Shown in pieces: positions 46,704-56,282 of a DNA stretch of 64,000 bases. Every line of letters starts with the position of its first letter. Position 1 is the first letter of the stretch. Position numbers and translations under genes: made by a program. Where the stretch lies: positions 1 through 64,000 of the IMG/VR virus record IMGVR_UViG_3300037524_000450. One strand, written 5' to 3'. The DNA comes from a virus. Taxonomy: Duplodnaviria > Caudoviricetes. Below the pieces are notes generated by a model. The model was not told the origin of the DNA. It saw only the letters and a list, made by a program, of their open reading frames with translations, and made no database searches.

Positions 46704-49700
46704 ATGGCTATTTTCAAACCAGTAATCTCGATAATCGGGTATGGGCCTGGAGACGGGCTTGAACTTTTTGAAGCTACCGATATTTATCGTTGGGACGTGG
46801 ATAACCGTCCCCTAGAGAATCTTGCTGATAATGACGTTGCTATCAAAGATGCCGTAGACGCACTTGTAGACGAAATTGAAGACGCCTATGATGGCAAGCT
46901 TTGGCCAACTGGTGTAGACAATACGTTTACTACCCTGGATAACCGGCTTGATAACATGGACGTATTCCTTCAAGAGCTTTTCGAAGTTCGCAATGTCCAG
47001 TACTCTAGTTTCGTTCAGACGGCTACCTTCTTAAGAGAACGGTACACCAGTGGTTTTCTTAATGGCCCGTTCCCGGATACGTTTGTCCGGTCGAACTTCG
47101 CCATGGAAAACAACGAAGCCATGCCTTCTCCTTTTGGTGGTTTCTACGTTCCTGAAACATCAGAATCTATTGAAGACCAGAACCAACCAGACCAAGATGT
47201 AAAGAACATGGTAGCTATGGAAACTCGTATTGAGCAAGATGGAGTAGCATGGACAGCTACCAAAAAGCCTATCTATGTTCATGTCAACGGCTTTATTGTC
47301 CCAATGCTCAACTGTCATGGGGGTACAAGAGAAACAGACCAAAGCATAGACGACCACCGGGCACATGGGATTTATGGCCCAGTGACTATTGGGTTCCCAG
47401 AAGCCCCCGCGACAGGACACCGCTTTGACTTTGCCTTCCTAGAAGTTTGGCTCCAAGAAGTTTCACAAACTGGTGGTACTTTCTACCCTTATGGTTCTCG
47501 GGATTACTCAAACTGGTCTGGTCGTGTACAACTAGGTGTTGGAGATGCGCTGGAAGATAATTTCTTAGGCCAAGTAGCTCACCGCGACCTTGTGACTTAT
47601 GACGAAACAAACTGGGGGTTTAGTGTATTTGTCCGCGCAGATTTAACTGACATAGACTGGGATACTGAAACTCCTGTTTGTGCTGATAATGGTGCCGGTG
47701 CTCTTGTTGGGGCTACCTGTAATGGTACTATTGACTATGACACTGGTGAATGGGAGATAACTTTTGACGGGGGTAGTGAACCTGGGGTTGGGGAACTTAT
47801 TGTAGCTGTTTACCGGTACAATGGTGTAGCAGACCCTGACACTGAAACAGTTAGAGGAACCATCAGCTTCCTACCCAATGGTAACTACCTCCAGGTACAA
47901 CACAAAATTCGTGTAATTCCTGGTGTTGACTATGAACAGTACCCGTTCTGGTTCAATGACCCAGCAGTAGAAGCTCGGGCAGGCAATGATATGCCTGTTA
48001 CTAACTATGTGTATCATAACGCTTTAAATGACATTCATGATGGTTCTCTTTGGAGAGCTGGAGATGGGGACTCTGCTTCAAAGGCAGACCTTGGTACTTT
48101 TGATGGTTATGTATACGCTGTCCCTCTCTGTGCTTGGTCACGGTATAATCGTGCGCCTTGGACCACAATTAACCAAAATGGCGGTGTAGACCGACTTGAC
48201 GGTCACCAGTATGGTGTTTGTGAGGATGCCCAGTTCTTGGACCTTCGCCCCGTGGTATTGGCTGAGCGGTATGACATGCGGGCTGCTGCTGAAAATACCC
48301 TTGACCGTATCATCCGTGGGGCACACCACTCTATTTTTGGTGAAGCACAAACAGACTACGAAGATACTAATGACTGGACAGGCCAAGATATTTGGGGCAC
48401 AGAAGTTCCTGAACTGTGGCGTATTCATCCTCGTGTTGGTCTAGCTGCTGACCCGGATATTAATATAGTTCGGGATATTGGGCTGTCTATTTCAACAGAT
48501 CCATTAAGTGTTGATTACCCAGCTCCTGTTGCTCATCATGATGGTGTTCGCCAAGTATACTCACCACAAGAAGAAGTCCAACAGGTTCCAATCTACATCG
48601 AAGATGTAGACAACTCGGATACTTGTACTCCTGCCATTGTTGTGACTTATGACCACTTGACAAAGGTTATTACCTTGTCCACAACAGATAATACTTTGTC
48701 TGGTTACTCAACTATAGCTGGTCAAGGTGTTATTATCAATGACAGTTATCCTAGGTTGTATTGGAGAACTACAAGACAACCGGTTAAACTTTCTTCTTTG
48801 TGGAGTGGCTTAGGAACTAACACAGCTACTGCCACGATTGATGACTCAGCCGCTACTTTCGTTTCTAGCGGTACTATTGACGGCTTTGTTGACCTTCTTT
48901 ACCCCGAGTGTACGGCAATTGCTCGTCCGGTAAAAGAGATTGATGCCGTTCAGTTCTACGATGGTATTGCAAACTACAATACTATTATCGCGGGTAATGA
49001 AGATGGCTCTGCGGATGACCCTGATATTGTTGCCTGGAAGCTTAACTTGACTAGCCCGTTAGAGCCAGGGTTCCAGCTTCCTAATGGTATTTGTGTTGAC
49101 CCGACAAACACGTATATCTACGTGTGTGATAGTGCTAACAACCGGGTTGTTAAGCTTCTTGCTTCAGACATGACACATGTTGCTCAGTGGCCAACCTTAG
49201 CTAACTACCCGGTAGATTTTAGTGGTTTCACTGCCGCTACAGATTTACGGTACCCTGTAGACGTAGCTTGTGATGCGGCAGGTAATGTCTATATTGCAGA
49301 TCGAGAAGATCACCGAGTTGTCAAGGTTAACGGGGACTTAGACACGTATATTGGGTGTTTTGGGAACTCTGGAACTGCAACTAATGACCCAACAAGCACA
49401 ACAGAGCTTAATTCTCCTGAAGGAGTTACTGTTGACAGCTCGGGTAACCTGTTTATTTCTGACACCGGATTGTACCGACTTGTAAAGGTTACCGCAGCGG
49501 CTCTTATCCCTGCTGGTAACATTGGTTATGTGGCGCATATTGGTAATGGTTTTTCAGGTGTTGGTATTGACCAGTTTATCCAACCAATGGGTCTTGATAT
49601 TGGTGCCATTGGCTTAGACGATTATGTTTATGTCGCTGACAAGAACCGAGTTGTACAGGTTGATGCTACTAGCATGGAGGTCACTAACATCCTCGGTGCT

Positions 49701-51812
49701 AGAAATACAAGCAACGTTCAGAAATTCTATCGGCATATGTATGCCACATTCTACGGGTTCCAAGAAGATTCCGTAACCGGTGAAAAGTACGCGGTACAAC
49801 ATGACCGTAGAATGCTTTATAAGTTTGATGCCTACTGGAATCTCATTGCTACCTTCGGTGTAGACGGTGTGGCTGGGTGGGATGACCCAGGCTGGGATGT
49901 GGATGTTACAAACCAAACACACCTTCAGTTCCCTGGTGATTTGATTCTTGACGAGGATGCTAATCTCCTTTATCTAGCAGTAAGTTCTCACGAACAAAAC
50001 GACACAGGGGCTATTTACATCTTTAATACTGACCTTGAAATTCAAGCAATTTACAAGACTCCTTTTGGAGCTAATGGTGGACCTAAAGGATTAGCCCTCT
50101 ACCCTGCTGCTGATACTACCGCTAGGTTGTATGTAAACGCTGGTCCTAGAATTGTAAAAATTTCTCTTCCGGCGGCTGGTGGTCGGGCTAACACGGCTGG
50201 ATGGGCTGTTGTATGGACCCTTACTAACTCAACTGTTGGGTTTACTCTAGGTGACCAGTTTAGACAACCGTACGACCTTGAGTTAAATACCTCAGGTGAC
50301 GAGTTGTACGTCTCTGACATTATGCGTGGTGAAGTAGTTCAGCTTAACCCAGTTCCAAATCCACCAACCATCATTGACAGGTGTACTGTTGGTTCGGTAT
50401 GGCCCCCTCCAGATAATGTTGGGGCACCCCTTGGTATCTCTCTTGCCCACGATGAACAGTACTTGTACGTTTGTGGTCATGGGGATGCAAACTGGGTAGG
50501 AAACGAAACTGTCCCCCATATCCGGGTCATTGACACAACAAGCATGACTATTGTGGAGCGCTTAATTGACAGTAGTAACTGGGCACCCGGAGATCACCCT
50601 GTAAACATTCGATTTGACATGAATGGCGACATCTATTTGATGATGTCTAGAAGCCTACTTGTCTATGAAGCAGACGTTACAGGATTCCAGTACACAGGTA
50701 CTGCCCCAGGCGAGCTGTCCAACTTCTTGTACAATACTTATTCTCTCCCGGTAACGATTGATTTGACCCTTCCTATCCCGTGGGTTAACTGCCGAGCAGT
50801 TCATACAAAGAATAACATTCTGTATGTGGCAGACCCCTTTGCCAACTCTGTAACTTCAGTACACATGGACAGCTTACTTGTTCTTGGGACAGCAAGCAGT
50901 CCTGCTATGGTTAACCGGGGTAAGGCATCCACTGCAGGCCCTGCTGGCGTGGCTGTCATTGGAAACCGGCTATACTTAGCCGATACGTTTAATAACCGGC
51001 TGCTGAGTTCACACACCTGTTGCCCCATCGTAGAGCGGGGGACTGGACGAATTCAGTACTTGATTACTCCAGAAGAAGCCGCTTACACTACCTTCCAGGT
51101 TAGATATACTCCGTACCAAGGTATATGGCAGAGGTTAGCCGGTGGTGGTGTTTATGGGCGACATTTTGTTACAGATAATAATCAAATGTATGTCACAACA
51201 TTGGGTAGGGGAACGCCTACTTATATTGACCCTGGTAGTGGTGTTACTCACTACTCCAACATGTTAAGTCATCTTCCTTGCCCGGTTGATGTACCTTACA
51301 AAGCAATTGAGGGTTTACCCGGTTGCCGTATTACTAATGAATACTTGATTGCTCCGGAAAACCTTCCATTGGCACTAGGGACTGTTGGTCCTTACCTACA
51401 GCTTCCTGTGTTAAACCGTTACCCAGCAAGTGCCCAAGAAATGAATCCTTGGTACTCGTCTGGTTCTAGGTTTGACTTTAACCGCTTCTTCTTCAATCAA
51501 GGAGCAGGGCCTGGGAATGCGGTTGATGCAAGTGGTACGCCTATTGAAGTGTATAACTTATTCACGCCTCGGGGTTTCTTTGCCAATGGCTTCACCCCTG
51601 GTTTTGACGTGTTAACTACTTTCCCGCTTCAGTCTCCTTGTATTCCTAGGATTCTGTTCTCAACTATGGTAATTGAGATTGAAGGAGAAGGCTACTTACT
51701 TATCTATACTAATTATCGTTCTGTGCCTGGTAATGTACTTAACAACGGTACTCAGATAACAGCAGACGTGTTCAAATTGTACGGTAACCCTGGGATTAAA
51801 ACGAGGTACTAA
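46704..51812 (+). CDS. Very large tail/baseplate appendage protein (1702 aa) with NHL-repeat beta-propellers
   Basis: GGGAG SD sets the start at 46704; about 11 NHL-like repeats at 49070-51005 (FQLPNGICVD, LRYPVDVACD, LNSPEGVTVD, GPAGVAVIG). Confidence 0.75.
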   Translation: MAIFKPVISIIGYGPGDGLELFEATDIYRWDVDNRPLENLADNDVAIKDAVDALVDEIEDAYDGKLWPTGVDNTFTTLDNRLDNMDVFLQELFEVRNVQYSSFVQTATFLRERYTSGFLNGPFPDTFVRSNFAMENNEAMPSPFGGFYVPETSESIEDQNQPDQDVKNMVAMETRIEQDGVAWTATKKPIYVHVNGFIVPMLNCHGGTRETDQSIDDHRAHGIYGPVTIGFPEAPATGHRFDFAFLEVWLQEVSQTGGTFYPYGSRDYSNWSGRVQLGVGDALEDNFLGQVAHRDLVTYDETNWGFSVFVRADLTDIDWDTETPVCADNGAGALVGATCNGTIDYDTGEWEITFDGGSEPGVGELIVAVYRYNGVADPDTETVRGTISFLPNGNYLQVQHKIRVIPGVDYEQYPFWFNDPAVEARAGNDMPVTNYVYHNALNDIHDGSLWRAGDGDSASKADLGTFDGYVYAVPLCAWSRYNRAPWTTINQNGGVDRLDGHQYGVCEDAQFLDLRPVVLAERYDMRAAAENTLDRIIRGAHHSIFGEAQTDYEDTNDWTGQDIWGTEVPELWRIHPRVGLAADPDINIVRDIGLSISTDPLSVDYPAPVAHHDGVRQVYSPQEEVQQVPIYIEDVDNSDTCTPAIVVTYDHLTKVITLSTTDNTLSGYSTIAGQGVIINDSYPRLYWRTTRQPVKLSSLWSGLGTNTATATIDDSAATFVSSGTIDGFVDLLYPECTAIARPVKEIDAVQFYDGIANYNTIIAGNEDGSADDPDIVAWKLNLTSPLEPGFQLPNGICVDPTNTYIYVCDSANNRVVKLLASDMTHVAQWPTLANYPVDFSGFTAATDLRYPVDVACDAAGNVYIADREDHRVVKVNGDLDTYIGCFGNSGTATNDPTSTTELNSPEGVTVDSSGNLFISDTGLYRLVKVTAAALIPAGNIGYVAHIGNGFSGVGIDQFIQPMGLDIGAIGLDDYVYVADKNRVVQVDATSMEVTNILGARNTSNVQKFYRHMYATFYGFQEDSVTGEKYAVQHDRRMLYKFDAYWNLIATFGVDGVAGWDDPGWDVDVTNQTHLQFPGDLILDEDANLLYLAVSSHEQNDTGAIYIFNTDLEIQAIYKTPFGANGGPKGLALYPAADTTARLYVNAGPRIVKISLPAAGGRANTAGWAVVWTLTNSTVGFTLGDQFRQPYDLELNTSGDELYVSDIMRGEVVQLNPVPNPPTIIDRCTVGSVWPPPDNVGAPLGISLAHDEQYLYVCGHGDANWVGNETVPHIRVIDTTSMTIVERLIDSSNWAPGDHPVNIRFDMNGDIYLMMSRSLLVYEADVTGFQYTGTAPGELSNFLYNTYSLPVTIDLTLPIPWVNCRAVHTKNNILYVADPFANSVTSVHMDSLLVLGTASSPAMVNRGKASTAGPAGVAVIGNRLYLADTFNNRLLSSHTCCPIVERGTGRIQYLITPEEAAYTTFQVRYTPYQGIWQRLAGGGVYGRHFVTDNNQMYVTTLGRGTPTYIDPGSGVTHYSNMLSHLPCPVDVPYKAIEGLPGCRITNEYLIAPENLPLALGTVGPYLQLPVLNRYPASAQEMNPWYSSGSRFDFNRFFFNQGAGPGNAVDASGTPIEVYNLFTPRGFFANGFTPGFDVLTTFPLQSPCIPRILFSTMVIEIEGEGYLLIYTNYRSVPGNVLNNGTQITADVFKLYGNPGIKTRY

Positions 51813-51813
51813 T

Positions 51814-52689
51814 ATGCCCTATGCCATTTTTTCTAAAAGAACAAAAGTTGTAAATCGAATTGTAGATGATCTCTCAAGTCTTTTGCCTAGTGAGTCTATG
51901 ATTGAAGTAGACGCTGGGATTAGATACCCCAGAGGTTATAAAAGTATTGTAGAAGGCCAAAAGGTTAATACCTTTGGTTTCCCCATGTTTTTAACTTCAG
52001 ACGGTACTCCTACAATTAGCCCGCAGTATATTGACTACGATCCGGTTACAGGACGCCCCTATGCTGTTACTAACAAGCCCATATACGAACAACCTACTGT
52101 TCCTGGTGGAGAAAGAAAAACCATCTGGAATGATATTTCTATTATTGCTCACCCTTTTGTTTGGAATGCTTATGAAGTTGCTGCGCTTAAGTACGAATCT
52201 ATTTTAGCCCGCAACTACCCATTCCAAGTTGCTATTGGTGAAGAGTTCATTACAGATGAACATATTAATACTGGTGCATCAGATAATTATGTGCTGAGCG
52301 AAGGTAAGTGCTATATCGCTCCGGGTGGTGTCCTCCAAACAGATGAATTTCAGTTCTTTGTTAACACCCAAGGTTTAATTGCTCCTCTTGGAGTTTCAGA
52401 TGATGATAATAGACAATATGTTTTTGACACCTATTTTCTAGATATGGAGCCAGACCCACCGTTTGGTGTGAAAGTAGAATGGACTGCTCGTTCTTGGGAC
52501 ACGGGTAATTTACTGGGTACATGGCACCCAGCAACAACAAATGACCAGACACCAACTACAGAAGTGGGTGCCTCTACTTCTACTGTTTGTATGGGTATTA
52601 TCTTACGAGTAACTAACCAGACAGCAGATTTGTATGCTTTAGAAAATTACTTGTTGATGCTTCGTATTCGTAAGCTCCCAACCTATTAA
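51814..52689 (+). CDS. Hypothetical tail-associated protein (291 aa)
   Basis: Packed ORF after the NHL protein; beta-rich. Confidence 0.65.
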   Translation: MPYAIFSKRTKVVNRIVDDLSSLLPSESMIEVDAGIRYPRGYKSIVEGQKVNTFGFPMFLTSDGTPTISPQYIDYDPVTGRPYAVTNKPIYEQPTVPGGERKTIWNDISIIAHPFVWNAYEVAALKYESILARNYPFQVAIGEEFITDEHINTGASDNYVLSEGKCYIAPGGVLQTDEFQFFVNTQGLIAPLGVSDDDNRQYVFDTYFLDMEPDPPFGVKVEWTARSWDTGNLLGTWHPATTNDQTPTTEVGASTSTVCMGIILRVTNQTADLYALENYLLMLRIRKLPTY

Positions 52690-52699
52690 GGAGATTGTT

Positions 52700-53086
52700 A
52701 TGGCTTTCTTTGCTTCTATTGACGATTTACCCGGTGCTAGAACTAGTTGGAAAGATAAACCCCCAACAGATCCTGAGCCACCTGTGGTTATTCCTGACCC
52801 TCCTCGACAAAAACCACGAGGGATTGCTATTGACTGGCGTTGTGAGATAAAAGATAAAATCCTTGTTACAGATGAAAATAAGGTTCCTCTTCTTTGGACT
52901 TGTGATGCTGCTTTAAGATCCGATGGTAAACACCATCTTCTTGGTAGCCAGGTTCTTACCTATGCCGAGTACATTAGCAAGCCTGTCTCAGTGGCTATTG
53001 ACAATGTATCCGTGCCAATAAAACCTGTTTACGACAACAAGCAGGCTAAGGCTTATGTGGTTGAAAACTATAAGGATAACCCATAA
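52700..53086 (+). CDS. Hypothetical protein (128 aa)
   Basis: AAGGAG SD; packed in the operon. Confidence 0.65.
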   Translation: MAFFASIDDLPGARTSWKDKPPTDPEPPVVIPDPPRQKPRGIAIDWRCEIKDKILVTDENKVPLLWTCDAALRSDGKHHLLGSQVLTYAEYISKPVSVAIDNVSVPIKPVYDNKQAKAYVVENYKDNP

Positions 53087-53253
53087 TGGATAACGCCAGA
53101 GAACTAGTTCTCGAAGATGTAATGAACCGTCTAGTCGAAGAGCGGGGAACTGAAATCCTCGCTCTCGACTGGAGTATTTTGGATATGTTAGTTACGGAAC
53201 GAATTAACGATGATAAACATACGACAGTTATAACGCCGGATAAGTCACGATAA
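53086..53253 (+). CDS. Small hypothetical protein (55 aa), not in the ORF track
   Basis: TAATG overlap; open frame MDNARELVLEDVMNRL...DKSR* fills the gap before the endolysin. Confidence 0.55.
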   Translation: MDNARELVLEDVMNRLVEERGTEILALDWSILDMLVTERINDDKHTTVITPDKSR

Positions 53254-53286
53254 TTATATGCTATATAATTTGTATAAGGAGTTTCA

Positions 53287-53820
53287 ATGCCTAGATGGAC
53301 TCACGTAATCATTCACCACTCCTTCACTGGAGACACACTTTTACCCGATATTATCGCCATTAGGAAGTTCCACACGAGTTATCGTGACGGTGGTAATATC
53401 ATCACGCCCGAGGAGTATACAGAAAAAAAGGCTTTAAACGCCCCAGGATTGGTCGCTCCTTGGAAGGATATAGGATATCACTGGTTGATCGAAAACCTGT
53501 CAGACGGGCGTCCATGGCTAATACAGGGCAGGTCCATGATGATGCACGGGGCACACTGTGTTGAACAGGGGATGAACCGAAGGGGTATTGGGTTGTGCCT
53601 TGTGGGTAACTTCGATGCTGCCCCACCCTCTGAAGCTATGTTCGAGAAGGCTGCAGACACCGTTGCTTGGCTCTGTAGGATGTACCATATCGACTTAGCT
53701 AACGTTCAGGGGCATCGAGAGTACGCCTCGTATAAGAGTTGTCCTGGTACTAAGTTTGATATGGACTACTTTAAGGAACGTGTGGTAGACTATTTAGCTG
53801 TGTGGGCACCTAATGGATAA
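53287..53820 (+). CDS. Endolysin, N-acetylmuramoyl-L-alanine amidase (Amidase_2, T7 lysozyme-like)
   Basis: IIHHS, IGYHWLI, GAHC, GIGLCLVGNFD, GHRE...KSCPG zinc/catalytic motifs; AAGGAG SD. Confidence 0.93.
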   Translation: MPRWTHVIIHHSFTGDTLLPDIIAIRKFHTSYRDGGNIITPEEYTEKKALNAPGLVAPWKDIGYHWLIENLSDGRPWLIQGRSMMMHGAHCVEQGMNRRGIGLCLVGNFDAAPPSEAMFEKAADTVAWLCRMYHIDLANVQGHREYASYKSCPGTKFDMDYFKERVVDYLAVWAPNG

Positions 53821-53823
53821 TGT

Positions 53824-54123
53824 ATGGAAATTTTTACCACCCTGCTTGCTTTCGCCTCCGAGATAAGTATCCGGCATGTGCTGGTGTTAAATCTTATCGG
53901 GTGGATGGTTAAGTGTTTTTTACAACACCGGGGGTGGGATAATTGGACCGATGTTATCCCATTTATTCTTGCAACAGTAGGGATTGCTCTTGCCCATTTT
54001 GACATGGGCACCTATCAAGTTAACTTTATTATTCACGGGTTAGCTAATGCAGGTATGGCTTGGCTACTTCATAAGGTAGTTAAAGAAACCAAGAAGACGG
54101 TTGAAACATACCGCAGTAAATAA
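53824..54123 (+). CDS. Holin (multi-TM)
   Basis: Directly after the endolysin; hydrophobic LVLNLIGWMV, IPFILATVGIALA, IIHGLANAGMAWLL; basic C-terminus. Confidence 0.75.
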   Translation: MEIFTTLLAFASEISIRHVLVLNLIGWMVKCFLQHRGWDNWTDVIPFILATVGIALAHFDMGTYQVNFIIHGLANAGMAWLLHKVVKETKKTVETYRSK

Positions 54124-54124
54124 T

Positions 54125-54610
54125 ATGGCTACGATTGGTATCACTCGTTTCGAGTTCCTGAAAATGCTACCCGGACTGCGTAAGCGTTTGAAAAGATCGT
54201 TGTCATGTGGTAATCTAGATGTGGTTGAGGGATTAATAACTGTTGGTTGGTTATGTGGTAACTTTTCGAGGGCGGCAGATGACCAATATGAGATAATGTT
54301 TCGAACCATAGAACAGTCGTTCTATAAGACCGCAGAGATACTAGCCAAGGAGGAAAAAATGGCAAAGATCGAGTTGGGTATTACAGTTGGTGAGATCATG
54401 AGTATGCTTCCGGAAGTTATTGCTGAGGGGTGGAAATCTTACTCGGACGACAAGAAGATTACAGTTGACGAGGCGCTCCTGCTTGTTGCTACAATTCTTC
54501 GTGAGATGGCCGAGGCTGCTGATGACCCGAAGGTTGGCGATTTCTTCGTAGCGCAGGCTGAGGCTATGGAGGCGCTTGCTCCGTTCTTCGTCGAAGAGGA
54601 ACCCGTGTAA
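54125..54610 (+). CDS. Two-domain hypothetical protein (161 aa) built from paralogous halves; internal start at 54359
   Basis: Halves share GIT..E...MLP, (L/I)-x-V-x-E-x-L and AADD; AAGGAGG at 54347-54353 precedes in-frame ATG 54359. Confidence 0.65.
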   Translation: MATIGITRFEFLKMLPGLRKRLKRSLSCGNLDVVEGLITVGWLCGNFSRAADDQYEIMFRTIEQSFYKTAEILAKEEKMAKIELGITVGEIMSMLPEVIAEGWKSYSDDKKITVDEALLLVATILREMAEAADDPKVGDFFVAQAEAMEALAPFFVEEEPV

Positions 54611-54647
54611 TTTAGCCAAAAGCTAAGTTATTATAAACAAAAACGTT

Positions 54648-54677
54648 GGATGACCCTGGGGTTTCTCAGGGTCATCC
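54648..54677. terminator. Strong hairpin downstream of the lysis genes (terminator or processing site)
   Basis: GGATGACCCTG / CAGGGTCATCC 11-bp perfect stem; only a weak U-tract. Confidence 0.55.
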
Positions 54678-54747
54678 CTTATAAGATGATATACTAATTA
54701 ATAGAAAGGACAGAAAATGTCAGAAGTTTCACCTTATAGGAGGGTAC

Positions 54748-55959
54748 ATGAGTAAGCCCAGACAACAAATAATACACACGGTAGATGAGCAAGGGTGTAT
54801 TCATGTATCCACCACCCCGTTCTTGACTGGTAACATAGAAAGTTTCTATATTGACAGCGAAGGTATCCGGCACATTGGCTTCTCTACCGAGGAAAATGTA
54901 AGAGCCGCGTTCAATATCCCAGATGACTACGAAACAGTAGACTTCAAACCAAACTCCTGGATACAGCAGGATTCTAACGGCCCCTTTGTTGCCCACCAGA
55001 TTCGGGCAAACTTCTCCCCTCCCAAACCGGGTCAAGTTGTTATGGAGAGTCTTTTAAAAGAAATTAAAAGTAACTCTCCTAAGGTGCCTAATAGGTTTGT
55101 CAACATTAACCGTAAGAAGAACAAGCGCATGTTAGAGATCTCAGTGATGGACCCTCACTTCGGGATGCAGTGTTTTGCTCCTGGGGCAGACCATCCTTAT
55201 GATCTTAGTCTAGCCCACCAGCTCTACGCCTGGGCTATCTCGGAGCTTAGCTCTCTGGGGATGGCTTATGGTGACGTGACAGAGATCCTGTTTCCCATTG
55301 GTAATGACTTCCTCCATGCAGAGCCTATGGCTTTGTCAAAGGGTATTGGTCATGCCACTGCTGGGGGCACGGTTCAACCGGAGATGGTGGCATGGCACCA
55401 CGCTTACATAGAGGGAGAAAAGATTCTACGGGAAGCGATTACTTTCTTGAGTGAGCTTGCTCCTGTACACGTCGTTGTGATTCCTGGTAATCATGATCGT
55501 TATTCAGCGTTTACGCTTGGTAGGGTCATGAATGCCTACTTCCACAATGATGCAAACGTCACAGTTGAATGCGACACCTCCCCCTACAAGTTCAAGCGGT
55601 TTGGTGTTAACCTGATTGGGTTTGAACATGGACACAGTGTTGCTCCCATTCGTCTAGCTGCTCTTATGGCGAATGAGAGACCCCAGGACTGGGCCGAGAC
55701 GAGCTACCGAGAGTGGCATCTTGGGGACCAGCACAGGAAGGGCGTTTCAAAGCCTTCCACCTTTGAAGAGCAGGGCGTCAGTGTTGAATACCTGCCCTCG
55801 TTGGTAGCACCTAACGAGTGGCATCGAATCAAATCCTTTAACTGGCAGAAGCGTGGAGCTATGGCTTGGGTGTGGGACTACCACTATGGTCCTACTGCGA
55901 GACTCCAAGTCAACCTTAATAGCTACACAGGTAAGCCTTACGTTGGTCCTGTAGAGTAA
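54748..55959 (+). CDS. Calcineurin-like metallophosphoesterase (403 aa)
   Basis: DPHFG, GNDFLH, IPGNHD, FEHGH, HLGDQH metal-binding motifs; AGGAGG SD. Confidence 0.88.
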   Translation: MSKPRQQIIHTVDEQGCIHVSTTPFLTGNIESFYIDSEGIRHIGFSTEENVRAAFNIPDDYETVDFKPNSWIQQDSNGPFVAHQIRANFSPPKPGQVVMESLLKEIKSNSPKVPNRFVNINRKKNKRMLEISVMDPHFGMQCFAPGADHPYDLSLAHQLYAWAISELSSLGMAYGDVTEILFPIGNDFLHAEPMALSKGIGHATAGGTVQPEMVAWHHAYIEGEKILREAITFLSELAPVHVVVIPGNHDRYSAFTLGRVMNAYFHNDANVTVECDTSPYKFKRFGVNLIGFEHGHSVAPIRLAALMANERPQDWAETSYREWHLGDQHRKGVSKPSTFEEQGVSVEYLPSLVAPNEWHRIKSFNWQKRGAMAWVWDYHYGPTARLQVNLNSYTGKPYVGPVE

Positions 55960-55970
55960 TTGGAGGTATT

Positions 55971-56270
55971 ATGCCGATTCCAGCGTTTAGTGTGTTAGCA
56001 TTCGTTTGGCAGTATGTTATCCCGATCATTAAGGACATTGCTCAGGTCTTAGCCAAGGGTACATACTCCTATGTCAAAGGTCGCGTCGATGATCTAGATG
56101 TGCTGGCAATGAAGGGGATTGAGAAGCGTACGCGAGTATTTGAAGACGCTTCAGAATTTCTCAAGCAAAAAGGCGTTGATACCAGTCTTTATTCATCTGC
56201 CGCGATTTATTTATTGATAGAGATTGCTGTTGTCAATCTCAAGAAGCAGCAAAAGAAGCTTGTGAAGTAG
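55971..56270 (+). CDS. Second holin-like protein (LL-H-like, one N-terminal TM)
   Basis: N-terminal hydrophobic segment, then GIEKRTRVF...FLKQKG...LLIEIAV resembling LL-H type holins. Confidence 0.55.
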   Translation: MPIPAFSVLAFVWQYVIPIIKDIAQVLAKGTYSYVKGRVDDLDVLAMKGIEKRTRVFEDASEFLKQKGVDTSLYSSAAIYLLIEIAVVNLKKQQKKLVK

Positions 56271-56282
56271 TTTGGAGGCTTA

